Below, piece by piece: positions 1 through 11,914 of a stretch of 64,000 bases of DNA; the first letter of the stretch is position 1; each line of letters starts with the position of its first letter. The translations under genes and the position numbers were made by a program. The DNA is from a virus. Under the pieces are notes generated by a model. The model was not told the DNA's origin, did not search any database, and saw nothing but the letters and a program-made list of their open reading frames with translations. The stretch is taken from the IMG/VR virus record IMGVR_UViG_3300045125_000119, positions 12,045-76,044 of that record; one strand, written 5' to 3'.

Positions 1-209
1 GCTTTAGCTATTCAGTGGATGGTGGAAGAACGATGGGTAGTTCAGTCTTACAAATTGCGGCGTCGTGACACCGGGAAGCTTCTGGCAGAACGATATTAGG
101 AACCGCTCGATATACCGGACGAAATCTACGACGGTGACGAGCAAGTGCCCACAAACAATCTCGATCTGTACAGTGAGATTCTCAAAACAGCAATATTCGG
201 GAGAGTCTG

Positions 210-407
210 ATGAAAATGATCTACGCAGCGCAGCAAAACGCTGACACGACCGAAGGTCGAGGTCCGATGGTTACATTCGCCTACTTCACAAATGAAAAAT
301 CGGCCAAAAGAAGCCGTCAAGAGCCGAGGGTGATGGGGTACGAAGGCGACGGCGAAGTAAAAGTGATTCCGCTGTACGACTCTATCGAGGACTGGCGGAA
401 GAGGTGA
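210..407 (+). CDS. small hypothetical phage protein
   Basis: 65-aa ORF overlapping the upstream stop (TGATG); ends LYDSIEDWRKR. Confidence 0.5.
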   Translation: MKMIYAAQQNADTTEGRGPMVTFAYFTNEKSAKRSRQEPRVMGYEGDGEVKVIPLYDSIEDWRKR

Positions 408-759
408 GAAGAGGAAACAAAACGCGCGTGCTGGCGAAGCTGACGCCGGAAGAAAGAGCCGCATTGGGGTACTCATAATGCGGCCCACGGGGTACGGCGA
501 TACCTACGCCGAAGTCAAAAAGCGATACCCGGATGCGATCCGCCGATGTGGAGGCTCGTATTCGGAAATCGAATCGGCTTCGCGGAATGATCCGTTCGAT
601 ACATTCAGTGGGAAATTCACGGTGGCATGACAATGGAATACAGCCACCGTCCCGCCCAGAAACCGTTAGGGTAACGGCGTGGAAAAAGAAACTGTGGCGA
701 TGCAGTCAACTCTACAACATATCAGGCAGAGTTAATCCCCGGTAATTGGAGTTTTTGAA

Positions 760-1575
760 ATGGCAGAAGGAAAACTGGTATCTCGTGGACGGACCACACG
801 TTCAACATCGTGTGGGGGTGCGAGAAGGTCTCTCCGGCCTGCAGAACTGTTACGCCGAGACGTTGGCGTTGCGGTTCGGCTTCGACGTGTGGGGGAAGGG
901 CAAGCCACGCCGCACGTTCGGTCAAAAGCACTGGAACAGGCCGCTGAAATGGAACCGTTCGGCGGCAAAAGAAGGCGTACAGAAAAAGGTCTTCTGTAGT
1001 TCCGATGTGTGGCGTGTTCGAGGATCACCCGACAGTCGAAGCCAGAGTTGAAGAAACTCTGGCCGTTGATTCGTCAGACTCCGAATCTTGAGTGGCAATT
1101 GCTCACCAAGCGCCCGGAACGAATCGCCCAGAGCCTCCCGGCCGATTGGGGGAATGGCTACGAAAACGTATGGCTCGGTTCGACCATCGAAAACAGCGAC
1201 TACGTTGATCGTGCCGATTACCTCCGGGCGGTGAACTGCAAAGTTCGGTTTGTATCTTACGAACCGGCGTGCGGCCCGCTGGACAAACTCGACCTGACGG
1301 GTCTGCATTGGGTCATTTTCGGCGGCGAATCAGGGGCCGGGTTCCGTCAGCACGATCCGCAGTGGGCACGAGACATCCGTGACCGTTGTGACGCCGCTGG
1401 CGTGTCATTCTTCTACAAACAGGGCAGTTCTTTGTACAGCGGGGCCGACGAAACGCTCGACGGCCAAACTTACAAGAAATTCCCATTGGCGGTGGTGCAT
1501 CGAACGACCAGAAGACGACCGTCGAGAAGGCGAATTTCGACGCCTATCTCTTGCGGAATACGGCCCGCCGTCTGA
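760..1575 (+). CDS. DUF5131 / phage Gp37-Gp68 family protein (frameshifted)
   Basis: Stitched frames give ISWTDHTFN..GC.KVSPAC.NCYAE, WQLLTKRPERI, NVWLGSTIEN, RFVSYEP, WVIFGGESG, FFYKQ. Confidence 0.85.
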
Positions 1576-1661
1576 TACCATGCTGATTCGTCAGATCGGA
1601 CCATCCTTCAGGCTGGCAAGGGTGGTTTCCGCAGGTCAAATGGGAAGACGGTCAGGTCGAA

Positions 1662-1889
1662 ATGTTTAACGACGTGCCCGGACTTGCTGATCTGAACAAA
1701 GGTCAGCGGTTCGAGGCAATGGTCACACGAACCGCATGGAAAAACCAGTACGAACGGGGCTGGGATTTCATCAGCATGGCCGACGTGAAAGCTATTGAGC
1801 CGCTGCCGGAAATGACTGAAGAAGAGTCGAAAGCACTGTGGGACAGTATTCCATCGACCGCTTCCCTGCCACCGGCCAGTTGGGGCTAA
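1662..1889 (+). CDS. hypothetical protein
   Basis: 75-aa ORF co-directional with neighbours. Confidence 0.45.
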   Translation: MFNDVPGLADLNKGQRFEAMVTRTAWKNQYERGWDFISMADVKAIEPLPEMTEEESKALWDSIPSTASLPPASWG

Positions 1890-1918
1890 AATGTTGCAAA
1901 ATGGAGGTCGATAACCCC

Positions 1919-1924
1919 TAAATA
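1919..1924 (+). promoter_or_regulatory. T4-like late promoter core (CTAAATA)
   Basis: TAAATA 20 nt upstream of ATG 1945, with GGGGG RBS between; motif recurs before other late genes. Confidence 0.6.
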
Positions 1925-1944
1925 ACCAAAATTTGGGGGTAGTG

Positions 1945-3454
1945 ATGAAATTTCGGGAATGGATCACACACAACGGAGACTTGTTCTGGGAGTTCGGCGA
2001 CATCAGCAAGATGGACACGTCGCACCTTTCATTTGACGAGTTGCCGTCAGATGGCGACGATTTTGATGAAGATGACGCCTACCGAAGATTGCGAAAGCGA
2101 CTTGGACTTCGATGACTCTGAATATTTCAGTGACATTTACGAAGACCCAACAGACGACCCTAATTTTGACGCACAAACTTCTGACGATTGGGTAGAAGAT
2201 AACCCCAAACCTGACGAAGACGACGAACAATTTTGGACCCCGCACACTCGTCACCCTTTGCCAATGGCTGGAGAAGAGGAAGAGGATCGAGACGAGAGGG
2301 GTACGTTCAACAAAGAAGCTTTCGATGAAGCTTTAGAAAAGTGGAAAGAAGAGTACCGACAGGCACAAGACGACTACGAAACTGCCGAACAAGATTGGTA
2401 CGCCGACATGAAACGTAAACAGCGTCAAGCAGAACGTGAGGCTGAACAGGCTCGTGATGACGCCGTTCGTGATTGCGTAGAAGAAAAGAGAAGCGATCAC
2501 GAAGAAGACCGCCGAAACAGCGGCGAAAACGGCGGGTACGAAACGTCTTTTCAGCACGACGGAAACAACTACAGTGTAAACTTCGAGAGAGATAAATCGC
2601 AAGATTACCAAGGAGTTGAAGTTCCGGGGTTTTTCAGTATCGTCTTCACCGGACCCAAAGGAACCTCGTCCACGAAAATGGCCGGGACCGCCGCTACTGC
2701 CATTTACACTCAGTTGATGCTTGCAGTAAAAAAGCTGATCGAAATTGAACAAGTTAACGGGCTGGGTTTCTCTCCCGCCGAACCGGGCATGGGGCTTGTG
2801 TACCAGAGGTTCTATCGTCAGTATTTGCAGCCGGGCGGGTTCATTCGTGTCGATCCGTACACATATATTCTCAAGGAATGGATCAAGAAGAACATCAAGA
2901 ATTCGTACAACTTGAAGAACGCCTACAGCACGATTCTCAAGACGAACCGGGAAGTTCTGAAGAAGATAAAAGAAGTAGAAGCCGACAAAGCGCTAGATGC
3001 GTGAGTTCCGGCGTCTCAACAAGATGGCCGGTCAGGTTATTTCGTTCGCTCAACCGAACGGCGGCACGAGTTGGCCCGCCATCTACTTGATCGGGACCGA
3101 CGAAAGCCGTTACGACGGGCCGCAGCTTCTGGTTTTGTGTACGATTCGACCGGGCCTCACAAGCAAACGTGGAAGGCGATCAGTCTGAAGGGGCAAAAAC
3201 TACAAGAGCCTCAACCGCAAGAAGCATACAAACTGGTGATGCAGATATACAACCACCGGAACGATCAGTTGATACAGAACTACATCAAACCGGGGTTGGA
3301 AGCTTTGTTGGAGAAGTACGGTGGGCACATTGAAAAATTGCTCACACCCCCATCGGGCAAACCGGCGATCCAACAGCCTGTGCAACAACCCGCACAGGAA
3401 GTTCCGGCTAACGTAGCTCAACCTAACAACAGGCAAAAACCTCCTCCTGCTTAA
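1945..3454 (+). CDS. acidic ~500-aa putative internal head (ejection) protein, frameshifted
   Basis: Starts MKFREWI; ORFs 1933-2115, 2033-3004, 2997-3188 and 3071-3454 join by single-base shifts; D/E-rich N-terminus, coiled-coil, Q/P-rich tail. Confidence 0.55.
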
Positions 3455-3464
3455 CGGAGAAACG

Positions 3465-3962
3465 ATGGAAAAGCCACGCTTGGATTTTGTGGCAATGGTA
3501 GCCAACCAGATGATGAAGGGTCCGAATTTTGGCTGGCCCGATGCCAGCGATAAACAAAAGGAACTCTTCAAAATGCGGCACCAGAAGCAGATTGAATGGA
3601 TCATTTCAATGCTGCCGAAGACCAGTGCGGCGGTGCCAGCGGTTCTCGTGAAGTGCCTCATTCGTTTTGGGCCGGAAAAGGTCATCAAATTCTGTAAGAC
3701 GATCAAGAACGGATCGTTCAACGGAATTGACGATCCGGCTCACATGCTGTGGAAGTTCATGCTCGGACAGAACGGGCGTCGGGCGAATGTGGTGCAGGTT
3801 TACCGCAAGACGTGCTATGCGCTCAAGGCGTACATGGAAGACAAGCGGATCGACGGCATTCGTGAAGCCAAATCGGACATTTTCAATTGGGACGAAGACT
3901 ACACCGTCCCCGACGAATACCTCGCAAACTGGAAGCCCGACGAAATTCCCCAAGTGGAGTGA
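3465..3962 (+). CDS. hypothetical protein
   Basis: 165-aa ORF with GGAG RBS. Confidence 0.6.
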   Translation: MEKPRLDFVAMVANQMMKGPNFGWPDASDKQKELFKMRHQKQIEWIISMLPKTSAAVPAVLVKCLIRFGPEKVIKFCKTIKNGSFNGIDDPAHMLWKFMLGQNGRRANVVQVYRKTCYALKAYMEDKRIDGIREAKSDIFNWDEDYTVPDEYLANWKPDEIPQVE

Positions 3963-3965
3963 GCC

Positions 3966-4286
3966 ATGTTCACAGAAGTCCAAAAAGAGGCTATGAACAA
4001 GGTAGAGTCGATCAGGATGTGTGGCAAGAAAGCCTACGAAGAACTCAAGGCGGCTTTGCGTGAACGTGGTCTTGAGGACGACGCTTGGTTCTCATACGAT
4101 TTCACCGACAAACATCTTGAAGTAGCCAAAGAAGTTTGGGACCGCTGGCACACAACCAACAACTTCAAAGTTGGAGACAAGGTCTACGTCGTGCCGCTAA
4201 CGTCTACGATAATGAAAAACTGCATTCGGGCCACAGTGACCGAAATTACAACGGACGGCTGGGGCTACTCATTTGCGGGCATTTGA
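3966..4286 (+). CDS. hypothetical protein
   Basis: 106-aa ORF directly after upstream stop. Confidence 0.55.
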   Translation: MFTEVQKEAMNKVESIRMCGKKAYEELKAALRERGLEDDAWFSYDFTDKHLEVAKEVWDRWHTTNNFKVGDKVYVVPLTSTIMKNCIRATVTEITTDGWGYSFAGI

Positions 4287-4388
4287 AAGTGATCTGCCGG
4301 GAATCTATATGTTCAACATTTGGGACAAGGATTTGGAGCCTCGCAAGGACAAATCCGCAAAGCCCGTGCCGCCTGAATTGCGAATCAA

Positions 4389-4634
4389 ATGACACAGTTA
4401 CAATGCAAACGACTGTTGCAAATTGCAAATCGTCTCGGCGTGAAAATGGTTCGCCGAGACGATTTTCTAAAGATTCACCAGATGGGTAAAACCTTCAAGG
4501 TTCAACACCGTGGCGAATGTCTCGTGGTTCCCAATTTGGTTGCCGTGGCAACCCTAAACTCTCATTACAACGAACTTTTTGACAACCACAAATTCTGGTA
4601 CGAGCAGAGTGGTGACAATTACGTTATGTTTTGA
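4389..4634 (+). CDS. hypothetical protein
   Basis: 81-aa ORF convergent with resolvase. Confidence 0.5.
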   Translation: MTQLQCKRLLQIANRLGVKMVRRDDFLKIHQMGKTFKVQHRGECLVVPNLVAVATLNSHYNELFDNHKFWYEQSGDNYVMF

Positions 4635-5170
4635 TCGAAGAAGAATTCGTCGTCCAATTTGAGCAATTGTTTCAGATCAACTCCGGTCCACTTCCCGTAC
4701 CGAAGACTGTAGACGAATTGATGACCTTCCAGTTCCGTCGTGTGAACAAAAGCCAGCCAAGGTTTGCGGTCACGCTTCCAGCACAACATCGGCTTTCGAC
4801 CACAACGCTTGCTGTCTTTTGTGACTTGATCCAAGAACCCGCTTAGTTCGCTGTTACCACAAACCAAGATCGAATTCAAGTCAATGCCTTCGTAGCCGCC
4901 TTTGCTCTCGATGACCCATTTGAAGTGTTTGGGAACCACCAAGTCGCCGGAGAACACGTCTTGTGCGTGCTTGGGAAGATATGAAACCTGACCCCAACGG
5001 TTCCCGGACCCAACGGCACGACTGAACCCTTGCCCGAACCTCTCGGTCAAAACCTTAACCAGACCCAACTCGGTTCGGCTGCCTTTTTTCTTGCCGTTTC
5101 GCCGCTTCTTCTTGCCTTCTCCGTCTCCAAGATCGTCGGTGAAGAAGTCGTCATCGTCATTATTGTTCAT
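4619..5170 (-). CDS. Holliday junction resolvase, phage PD-(D/E)XK type
   Basis: KKG.R.E..L...L, FSR..GSG, GDL.VP, IESKGGY, KPMLCWKRDRKPW motifs. Confidence 0.8.
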   Translation of the reverse strand: MNNNDDDDFFTDDLGDGEGKKKRRNGKKKGSRTELGLVKVLTERFGQGFSRAVGSGNRWGQVSYLPKHAQDVFSGDLVVPKHFKWVIESKGGYEGIDLNSILVCGNSELSGFLDQVTKDSKRCGRKPMLCWKRDRKPWLAFVHTTELEGHQFVYSLRYGKWTGVDLKQLLKLDDEFFFDQNIT

Positions 5171-5183
5171 ATAGCCCTCCCTG

Positions 5184-5189
5184 TATTTA
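5184..5189 (-). promoter_or_regulatory. late promoter core (GTAAATA)
   Basis: TAAATA 13 nt upstream of resolvase ATG, GGGAGG RBS between. Confidence 0.55.
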
Positions 5190-5209
5190 CAGAGTAAGGC
5201 TTCAATAAT

Positions 5210-6280
5210 TTACTGTTGAGGGATATACACCTCGGTCAGTTCCTTCTTGATCTTGTTGAGTTTAGAGACAATTTGTTCGTACTCGCTGGGGTGCAAACTG
5301 CAATTCTTGACGAGTGCCGACGTTTCGCCAACGATCCGGGCCACCGTTTGATGTATTTCTCGGCCGATCCCTTTGACCTCATCGAGTGCAGCGGCTATGG
5401 CAGGATTTTCTGCGGGTGGTTCCGGCACCGGGTCTTCGGAAGGCTTTACAACAAGTCTGTTGCCGTCGAATTTCCAGGGTGTGCCGCCATCGGACTTCTC
5501 GACTTCATACCTCTGAACTGAGGGTGTTGGTTCTTTGTCGGAAGACTTAAAGAACCAAACCTCTTCGACCGGAAGCTCGATCAATTTTTGAGTCTGAGAA
5601 ATGTTTCTGATTCCGCACTCACGCACAGCCAGTTCCCATATCCGTGGTTCGGAAACGAAGAAAATCTGACCCAGCAGTTCACGCATATCTACAACCCACA
5701 AAGGTCGGAATCGGTTGCGGAACAGCCACAAGAGATTTTGGTTCTGGTATCGTTCCCCGATGGCGACGGCCATGTGCCCTTCGTTGATGAAGGAGAATAT
5801 ATCTCTGATGCCCGATAGTCGGTTATCGAATTTGTCTTCGTTGACTTCGGTGGGATTTTCAAATATCCTGAGAAGTATTTCCGAATCACATTCGGATTGC
5901 ACCTCGTATTTTTGCTTGAGAGTTTGGTATTCGTAGTCTTCGATGCGGCCGTTGTGAATGAGGCCGACGGACTTATCGAAACTGACGAACGGATGGTTGT
6001 TTTTGTTGCATTCAGGCTCGCCCACGCCTTTGGAGGCGGCTCGTGCGTGAACGAGCATGATCGAAGGGTTCAATTTAGCGACTTTGCGCCACACGTCTTT
6101 TTTGACGAAATGGCTGCTGCGACAGGGTTCCTTGTGATACACGATTTCGCCGGTCTGGGTGCCCCAGAATCCGGCGGCATCGGCACCTCTGATTTCACTT
6201 TTGTCGAACAGCTTGGTGATTAACTGATACGTCATCACTGGCTTTTTCGACTCGCCGATAAACCCACTGATACCACACAT
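5210..6280 (-). CDS. class II (Ntn) glutamine amidotransferase
   Basis: MCGISG N-terminal Cys, RG.DAAG, HARAAS, NNHPF, IHNGRI, CDSEIL. Confidence 0.9.
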   Translation of the reverse strand: MCGISGFIGESKKPVMTYQLITKLFDKSEIRGADAAGFWGTQTGEIVYHKEPCRSSHFVKKDVWRKVAKLNPSIMLVHARAASKGVGEPECNKNNHPFVSFDKSVGLIHNGRIEDYEYQTLKQKYEVQSECDSEILLRIFENPTEVNEDKFDNRLSGIRDIFSFINEGHMAVAIGERYQNQNLLWLFRNRFRPLWVVDMRELLGQIFFVSEPRIWELAVRECGIRNISQTQKLIELPVEEVWFFKSSDKEPTPSVQRYEVEKSDGGTPWKFDGNRLVVKPSEDPVPEPPAENPAIAAALDEVKGIGREIHQTVARIVGETSALVKNCSLHPSEYEQIVSKLNKIKKELTEVYIPQQ

Positions 6281-6741
6281 CAGTCTTCCCCGTCTTGTTC
6301 GAGCGCCTCTTTTCGATCCCTGAACGACTTACCGAACACTTCTTCGATAAGGGTCCAGTCTCGCTTACAAATCTGGTCCCATTCTTCGGGCGACGGAGAA
6401 ACAGGTTCGCCAAAATGTTGCTTGATGAACTCGTCGCACTTTTTCAATTCTTCTTCCGTAACCGGTCCCTGCCAGTACCGGTGGCCGGGAATCATCGCAT
6501 CTTGTCTGGCTTCGTCTTCGTACATTTGCGGGTACAATCTGAGAGCCATGTCACCCAAAATCTTCAGATCGTGTAGCAAACCACAGGTACAAGGAGCATA
6601 GCGATACACTTCCATACTGCGGTGAGTTTCACAATCGCCGTGGTGAACCAAATCCCCTTCCGGGTGCTTTGTATTCGGTCGATAATACCTATCCCGAATC
6701 GCTTCGAGGCGGGTACGCATTTTTCTACGTTGTAGTCCCAA
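6280..6741 (-). CDS. hypothetical protein
   Basis: 153-aa ORF coupled to GATase start; H/C-rich HHGDC..H...CTCG. Confidence 0.55.
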   Translation of the reverse strand: MGLQRRKMRTRLEAIRDRYYRPNTKHPEGDLVHHGDCETHRSMEVYRYAPCTCGLLHDLKILGDMALRLYPQMYEDEARQDAMIPGHRYWQGPVTEEELKKCDEFIKQHFGEPVSPSPEEWDQICKRDWTLIEEVFGKSFRDRKEALEQDGED

Positions 6742-6764
6742 ATCTTCTTCATTTCAATTCAACC

Positions 6765-7294
6765 TCAGAAGGCTTGAAGCGGGCCAGCATTACCGCCCAA
6801 TGGCGGTGCGCCCTGACTCAAACCGGGGTTCGAGTTCGGATCGGGCGGGGCGGGCCTGCGGGAGATGGCATTGTACCCTGTCCGGTCGGAGACGGCTTCT
6901 TTTCTGGGGAGGCCGTTCCACTCATTTTTTCTTCTGGTTCGGCCTTTTCTGGGAGGCTAGTCGGTGGACCGGTACGCCCAACTTTCCAGACAACTCTTCC
7001 AACGAAGCAGAAGCACTAGAAATCACAGACGGAAGGTCGTCCCGCTCGTCAATTGCCTTCATGATCGCCACCCCAATCTTTTGGAGTGACATCAGATGTT
7101 TTTTCTTCCCTCGGCCATTGACTGTGAAGAATTCGGCGAATTTGATTGACAATTTTCTCCGAAAACCGAGTCAAGTCACGGGTGCCCATGTGCTTGCTGT
7201 CGTCACGAAGTTGTTGTGCCGCCGTCAAAACGTCGCCAATCTTCTGACCCAGGTAGGCTCGTTGCTCAACAATAAGGAAATCTTTGAAGTTCAT
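6765..7294 (-). CDS. putative internal head protein (frameshifted)
   Basis: Starts MNFKDFLIVE; ORFs 7049-7294 and 6922-7152 join; C-terminus read as ...GGNAGPLQAF*. Confidence 0.55.
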
Positions 7295-7298
7295 GCTC

Positions 7299-7304
7299 TA
7301 TTTA
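7299..7304 (-). promoter_or_regulatory. late promoter core, leaderless geometry
   Basis: GTAAATA-GAGC-ATG (4-nt spacer). Confidence 0.6.
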
Positions 7305-7313
7305 CAGTCGTCA

Positions 7314-8957
7314 TTACGCAATATTTTCTTGAATCCGTTGCGATGCTGCGGCAATTAGTCCTTGAAACAGTGGGGCAGCCGTTGTAAGTCTAGATTTGAA
7401 CTCTGGGTGCGCCTGCGTCCCGATGAAGTACGGGTGCAAACTCCGGTCCAATTCCATAACTTCAACGAGTCCGGTTTCCGGGTTTCGTCCGCTCACCTTG
7501 AAACCTTTGGCCTCGTACTGGTTAATGTAGTGTGGGTTGACCTCGTATCGGTGGCGGTGTCTTTCTTTGATGATTTTGTTTCCGTACAAATCCATCGCCA
7601 GTGTATCTTTGACCAATTCGCAGTCGTATGAACCCAATCGCATGGTGCCCGATTTCACTTCAAGATTCTCCTGTCCCTCTACGAAGTGAATGACCGGATC
7701 GGACGTTTCCTTGTTGAATTCGAGGCTGTTTGCGGCCTCCATACCGCAAACATTACGAGCGAATTCAATGACTGCGCACTGAAGACCTAGACAGATGCCA
7801 AGGAACGGAATTTTCTTCTCACGGACGTACTGGATCGCTTTGATTTTGCCCTCGATGCCACGGGTGTCGAAGCCGCCGGGGACAATGATGCCGTGCAAGC
7901 CTTCAAAGTATTTGTGAAGACCACGATTGTCCTTGTATTTTTCCAAATCCTCGGCCTTGATCCAACGTGGTATAACTTTTACGTTGTTGGCGATACCGGC
8001 GTGTACCAGAGCCTCGGTGAGAGACTTGTACGCTTCGTCGCCGTCGTATTTGCCGAACACGCCGATTTCAACCGCCGGGAGGTGGTTGTTGACGTATTTC
8101 TCCACGACTTCACGATATTTGGCAATGTTGCAACGACTCCGATTCAATCGGAGCAAGTCAACAAAAGATCGTCAACTTGCCGCTCGTAAAAACCGAGCGG
8201 CACTTCGTAGATCGTAGAAACGTCGGGAGCCTCGAAAACGTGTTGACGTGGAACGTTTGTCAACATCGCAACTTTGTCCAGCAACTTGGCCGGTAGGTCT
8301 GGACCGCCGCAGAGAGGGCGACAGAAAATCACGTTGGGTTGAAGGCCGTGCCGTTGAAGCTCCTTCACCGAATTCTGTAGTGGTTTTGTTTTGAATTCCT
8401 TGATGGTAGGAATCCAAAGAATTGGAGCCACCATAACGATCAAAACTTCGTCTTTGTATTTGCCCTCGTCACGCCACTTGAACTGACGCATCGCTTCAAA
8501 GAAAGCGAAACTTTCGCTATCTCCCACGGTGCCGCCAATTTCGGCAATGACAATATCGTGTGTTTTGCCCAGATCGAGCAGCCGTTGCTGTATTTTGTCG
8601 GTCAGGTGCGGCTGAATTTGCACAGTTTGTCCGAGATACCTTCCTTTTTCTTGTTCCTCGATTAGTTCTTTGTGCAAAGTCCCGGACGTGGCAATATTGG
8701 CCTTGGAAACGGTAATGCCACAAATGCGCTCATAGTGACCCAAATCCAAATCGGTTTCGGTGCCGTCGTCGCACAGGAAGCACTCGCCGTGTTCACGGGG
8801 CGCTTAAAATACCTGCGTTCACGTTCAAATACGGATCGAACTTGATTAAAGTGACGGTGTGACCCCTGAGTCGCAGCAAAAGTCCCAAACTAGCCGCAGA
8901 AACGCCCTTGCCCGTGCCGGAAATCACGCCACCGGCAACAATGATATACTTACTCAT
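7314..8957 (-). CDS. pyrG: CTP synthase (frameshifted)
   Basis: [72 protein letters not shown]. Confidence 0.97.
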
Positions 8958-9005
8958 TAAAATCCTCTCAATATCCTTATCTATCAGAGTAAGGGCAACA
9001 AAACA

Positions 9006-9023
9006 GCGGGGTAAAAACCCCGC
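9006..9023. terminator. possible terminator hairpin
   Basis: GCGGGG-TAAAAA-CCCCGC in an intergenic region. Confidence 0.4.
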
Positions 9024-9158
9024 CGTAAGATAACACAACTGGAGGGAAATAACCACATCAACTAATGCGTGGCATAGGAATACTTTGACGTTTGCGGAAG
9101 TACGGGGTGTTGATCTTGTGCCGCCGCAAAAGAAGGTCGTAATCGAAGTTCATGTTCT

Positions 9159-9581
9159 TCAAAAAGTCTTTGACTGCCGGGACGTAAATCCGGCACCGAG
9201 CGGCCAGTTCGCCACTAGCCGCCGTACTCGGCCCAACTTTCCCGTGTCCTGTAATTTGAAGCGGTTTTGAAGGTGTTGTAACACTCCATGAACCGCTCGT
9301 AATCGGCGGAGGCCGTCATAAGCCGAAGCGAGGTAGATCAACTCTTCCGTGACCTGAAAGGTCTTCTTTGAGCGACAAATCAGCAACCCCTGATTGCTGA
9401 AAGCCGTGATGCACTTGGAACAAGCACTAGAAAGGGAGTCACGAGTTTTGTCGTTCCGCCCCCAATCCAAAACGAGGTCCGGCGTATCTTCTTCCACTTC
9501 TTCCTTGAGAGTGGCGAGAGTGAAAGATTGGCCGACCTGACAATCGGCCAAATAGTCAGCAAATTGCTTCCAGAGCGGCAA
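9159..9581 (-). CDS. hypothetical protein
   Basis: 140-aa ORF downstream of RNR; C-terminus uncertain. Confidence 0.45.
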   Translation of the reverse strand: MPLWKQFADYLADCQVGQSFTLATLKEEVEEDTPDLVLDWGRNDKTRDSLSSACSKCITAFSNQGLLICRSKKTFQVTEELIYLASAYDGLRRLRAVHGVLQHLQNRFKLQDTGKLGRVRRLVANWPLGAGFTSRQSKTF

Positions 9582-9613
9582 CCATACCTTCGGTGGTCTT
9601 CATCGGAAAACCC

Positions 9614-11914
9614 TTAACGGAGTTCACAAGACTGTCCACTGCAAGCCCATTCTTGCTGGACTTTCGTCTCGTCGGTTTCTTCGATCATCAAAGAATAGTC
9701 CACGTCCTTGTAGTCACGGGTCAAATCCCGCCACAACTTCCAATTGTTCACTTCTTCAAGCAGTACGTCATCTTCTTCACTTTGTTGTCGAAGTACCGCT
9801 CGGAAAACTGAATGGCTCGGCGAACAAAATCCTTTTGTTCCTTCCACTTGTCGTGTGCCTCTTTCCATTCCCGGAAGGCGACGAAATCTACAGAGAATTG
9901 GTCGCCTTCCGGGGCTGCGGTTCGGGAAGGTTGATCCGGCCCCATTCGTTCCTCGTGGGGCTTGACCTCTTCCATAACGGCATCACACGCCGCCCACAGG
10001 TTATTGTCGAAAGCCCGAAGGCCGTCAACGATCAATCCGCTGGCGAAAAGGCTCCCTTCTCCGTACTGCGAAACAATTTCTTTCGCCGTGTGGACTGTAC
10101 ACATCGGGGCTTGGGGGTAATCCAAGTCGCCCGACGTGGGGAGCAATGCAATGCCAGCGAAGTGCTTCCGGTTTTCGTAGATGTAATCGGTCACGTCCTT
10201 CCACTCGTCGGGACGGACGTTAATCGTGTTGGAAACGTTGTGAGTGAGCCACGGTTGCGTACACTCGTCCAGTCTCTGCGCCCGGAATTCGACCCACTCT
10301 GCTGAGTATCCTTCACATATTCCAAGTGGTGGACGGCACCCAACTGGTTTTTCACCTTCGCCCCGTCCGGGACTTCAATGCAGAAAGTGATGACCTCGTC
10401 GGTCTTGTTCGCACTCCACACCGACCTTTCGGTGGCGTGTGGGTTTTGTTTCTTGAAATATTGGAGCGGGGCTTCCATGCTGTTGCCCTGAACCCGTCGG
10501 AAGTACCGCTTGGCGTGGTGAGGGTGAATACCACTCGCACTGCCGAGAATGCAACTCGTCGTTCCGGCGGGCTTCACGCACGTCGCCCGTGCCGCCGGGC
10601 GAATCCCGATCTTCTTGGCGAACTCTTTCGTTGACGGCCAACACGAGTTGGGCCATCGCCTTTTGAACTTCGGGATCGAAGATCACGTCGGGATTGTCCA
10701 TCATCCCCGTGATTGAAACTCCCAACAAAGCCTCACGTTCGACAATCTCTTTTGTCGTCTGCCCCAAGTAAGCGAAATCGGTGTACCCGGCCTGAAGCGT
10801 GCCGATAATTGCGGCGGCTTTGGCGGCGAGAGCGAAGTCCTCTTTGGTCTTGATCTTGCGGCCGTTAATCTCACACAAGCTACACATCTGCCAGCCGGAT
10901 TCGCCGGTAACAGAGTGGACGGGCCACATGCCGATTTCGACGCACGGGTTGACGCACAATTCCGGTGGAGTCCGACCAGACGAACCCCGGTTCGCCGAAC
11001 TCTTTCACCTTTTCCATCAGCGACTCGAACTGCTGCTTCGTAGTCGAATCCCTGAGCAGTAAGGCCGAGTTATTGAGCGGGCACGTTGCGGATTTTCACC
11101 GTACCAGTTGCCAGTTTTGGCACTCGCCATCAACTCGTCGTCGGGGCTGAACAAGCAGATCGTAGGCGCTACGACGGACGCCACCGCTCAGGACTGCATC
11201 GCTGGCGTGCATGATAATGTCGTAGGCATCAATCGGGCGCAAACGCTCGTGGCCGTCCGACACCAAAGTGTCCAACATCGTGCGAATAATTTCCAAAGAC
11301 CGCTTCAGCGGTTCGTGCCCCGGCGCTTTGCCGACGCCAGAAGCCAACACGCTCCCGGCCTTGCGAATTTGCGAGTAATCAGACTCTACATCACAAGCTT
11401 CCCAATCTGCAAACTCTGGGTGAGGCATGTATGTAGCCAGAAGAATGCTCAAGGCGTCCGACCAGCCTTCAATGCTGTCGGGGATCAACAAAGGTTTTCT
11501 TCGGGAACTTCCGCTTGGACAGGCGGTAATCGGAGAAACCGGGTGAAGCTTCGCAATGTGGTGATGCTGAACGGAAAACCCGGTCCCGCAACCACATAGC
11601 AACAACCAGAACGTCTCCTGAAACATACGAATACGGTCGCAAAATGACACGCAACAGTTGTAGATTCTGGCGTTCTTTTGCTCGATGGGAGAGCCGCCAA
11701 ATTGAGCCGCTCTTTGACTACCCAATACCCTCTTTTGCTTCACCAAATCGAACGCCCATTCGATCTCGTCTCGCCAGCATTCGGATACTTCCGGAAGGTG
11801 CATTTCTTTTACCCTATCCACCGCCTCCGACCACGTTTCCCGCCGCTTGTGTTTTGCGTTAAACCTCGCATATTTGCTGACGTAAGTGTAATCCTGCAAA
11901 GACTTTATAGACAT
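9614..11914 (-). CDS. ribonucleotide reductase catalytic subunit (RTPR/NrdJ-like sequence type; frameshifted)
   Basis: SKYAR..RRETW.EAVDRV, NARIYNC, LLCGCGTGFSVQ, GGVRRSA, NPCVEI, TCVKPAGTTS, C-terminal WACSGQSC; class cannot be fixed from the window alone. Confidence 0.92.

Noticed and set aside
6800-6850. tRNA-like string CTCAAAC...GGTTCGAG on the plus strand
   Set aside because: There is no acceptor or T-stem pairing, and it is the antisense of the C-terminus of the MNFKDFL ORF.
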